From Raillietiella orientalis (taxonomy: Eukaryota): a stretch of DNA of 64,000 bases. Shown one piece after another: positions 61,961 through 64,000 of this stretch. Both the position numbers and the translations under genes were made by a program. The notes under the pieces are model-generated. The model saw nothing but the letters and a program-made list of their open reading frames with translations. It had not been told where the DNA came from and ran no database searches. Location: contig JAYWIR010000039.1 in NCBI GenBank assembly GCA_036172245.1, positions 310,001-374,000 of the forward strand, read 5' to 3'. Each line of letters opens with the position of its first letter. Position 1 is the stretch's first letter.

Positions 61961-63645
61961 TTGGGTTGGTGCAAAAATAATTGTGGTTTCTACGTATTGA
62001 GTTTAAAGACGTTTACATCAGTTTTAAAAATTATATCTATTAATCAAAATAAAGATCCTTGGCCTGCACACATTTCTTTCAACGGGAAACGGGTTTATTC
62101 CTACAAGATGGAATTCTGGAGTCCTGGGATTAACGAATTCATCGGAAGCGCTTCGAGCTGATGCTTGATCTTCGATAGTCCTCTCTCATAGCAACAAATT
62201 ACTCAAATGTTCAAAAAAATGATAATCTGTCAGACACAGGTCCGGAGAGTGAGGTGAGGTTTCATCATCACCCAGTTCATTTCATTTTTTGAAAGTCATC
62301 CGTGAGACGTGCGGTCGGGCGTTGACATGAAGACGAACTGGTCCTCTTCGGTTGACTGATGCTGGCCGAAAAAAATGCAGCTTCCCATGCATTTTTTCAA
62401 TTTCCTGACAACATTTTTCTGTTGTCGCTGTTTCACCAGGATATAAGTTGTGGTGGATGATGCCGCTTGCCGACCACCGAACAGTGACCATAATCGTTTT
62501 AGGTTTAGGAAATTGTTTTGGTGCTTCTCCTCGGTCCAGCCACTGTGATGAACGTTACCAGTGGTTAGAGAGGGTCCGCTTCTCGCCACATGTGGCGATC
62601 GAGAAAGGGTGTTCCCTTTTTGTTACCCAGAGGAAGCGTAGAGCAGACTTCGCATCGCCGAATTGCTTGGTGTTCCTTTAGCTCATAGGTTCCCAAACTC
62701 ATTTGGCTTACCGCCCCTTTTTCAGATAAAACATTACTCAGCGTCCCCCGGGAAATTTACCTTCGTATTTACCAATTAACATAAGTGATTCGATAGAAGT
62801 AAAACGTACATAAATGTTAATGGTCAACAGTTTTTTTACGATTCCGTTCTCCCGTTTTCGTCGATTCTGTGATAAAAAAATTGACAAATATATCAACTGT
62901 ACACTTCAAAAAGTATTGTACCGATACAAGCCTGCTACGATTTTATTGTCAGTAAACACTAGAAGACACAGAAACATATGGTAGATATGTAAGTAAATCT
63001 ATATATATACTCAAGTGTAACTTGCTGTTTTTTAAAAATTAAAGTTTAAAAATTAATTCACTTAGACTATTTCTAACTACTTCTCACACAGTTCAGAAAC
63101 ACTCTAAATTTGATTTCATGATTCCGCCTATTGATAGCACAGTAATTTAGGCAGGTAATGACGCGCCTATTTCTGCAGGTGCATGAAGGATTTTCCGACA
63201 GTACGCGACACGCTCGTCTGTCAACACTTGCTTGAGGAGACCCGTCGGCCGACTTGACCACCGACCGAGTACAACTTGCATTTTGTGTGCTTATTCGGGA
63301 AACAAAGTACCTAACCTAGCTACAACTTCCCATGGTACACAAACCTGTACGAACGGTTTTTTGAAGTTTTCTCATCTTCTCTTTCTTGATTCTTTCACCG
63401 TCACCCGCCCCCCATATTTTTTATTCAATGCCCCCCAATTGCACTCAAGACTACTATCGCCTCCTTGAATCATCCCAGCGCCCACTTTGGGAAACACTGG
63501 TTTAGCTTATGCGGCACCCGTTGATCCAGCTTTTCTGTTTTCCCAATCAGGCTCAAATGTCGGACAACTGTTGAATGATCAATACTGAGGTCTTCTGCCA
63601 CCTGTGAGTTGTTTTATACGTGGGTCCCCTTCAATGATGGTTCTT
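61961..63645 (-). mobile_element. Decayed mariner (Tc1/mariner, Hsmar1-like TIR), interrupted by a hAT element and 5'-truncated
   Basis: TIR TTGGGTTGGTGCAAAAATAATTGTGGTTT at 61961. Transposase remnants RVPHKL (WVPHEL), PFLDR, LHVNARPH (HDNARPH) and HSPDLCLTDYHFF (YSPDLAPxDYHLF). Confidence 0.9.
62684..63499. mobile_element. Non-autonomous hAT (Charlie-like) element nested in the mariner
   Basis: Ends CATAGGTTCCCAAACT / ACTTTGGGAAACACTG (12 of 16 inverted match). 8-bp TSD CTTTAGCT (62676-62683) / GTTTAGCT (63500-63507). The mariner frame resumes across it. Confidence 0.85.
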
Positions 63646-64000
63646 GAACCATTATTGTCATAGCCGAGAGAGGTCCACGACTCTTCTCGTTTTCAAGGCT
63701 TTCGTTCCCAAACAGGATGCCTCCGATGAGGTCCGGCATAAATTGGAGTCGACCTCCGGGTCCTTCCAAGAATCATGCAGTGGGAGCTCCCCTCCGGTTG
63801 TGAAAGAGTGGCCTCCCCATTTTGGGGGAGACCCCTCCGCGTCAGACTGATGGAGTAGGTGTGTCGCCACCACCTCTCCAGAGAGTGCAGAGACGCGAGC
63901 CGATCCCTTCGGGGAAGCTGCGTCCTTCTGAATTTCGGAAGCGTTCCTTCTGGGTTCTCTTCAGAGGAGTAAAAACAGGAGCGGATCCGTTGCCTCCGGA
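63646..64000 (-). mobile_element. GC-rich decayed repeat, related to 22380-22480
   Basis: ACCTCTCCAGAG...CCCTTCGGG-AAGC shared with 22423-22467. Confidence 0.5.

Overview
Eukaryotic (invertebrate animal-like) genomic DNA with two sharply different compartments. Bases 1 to ~27200 are GC- and CpG-rich. They hold the 3' part of an intron-containing SLC5 sodium:solute symporter gene, followed by ~20 kb of decayed L1/Tx1-like non-LTR retrotransposon fragments, two tRNA-derived SINE-like heads and an AT-rich island. Bases ~28200-62000 are AT-rich and gene-dense, with very short introns: ISY1 (+), ECHS1 (-), PDIA6 (-), an orphan single-pass membrane ORF (+), INTS9 (-), GOSR2/membrin (-) and a xylosyltransferase (+). 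The window ends with a mariner relic interrupted by a hAT-type element, then GC-rich repeat again. The most notable signals are: (i) four LINE copies with twin-priming-like 5' inversions; (ii) a LINE 3' UTR with covarying helices, a possible pseudoknot and a terminal AATAAA-hairpin; (iii) an orphan protein with the architecture of a transmembrane signalling adaptor (TM, CxxC, repeated YxN). All exon structures and alignments were read by eye. No searches were run and the organism was not identified.
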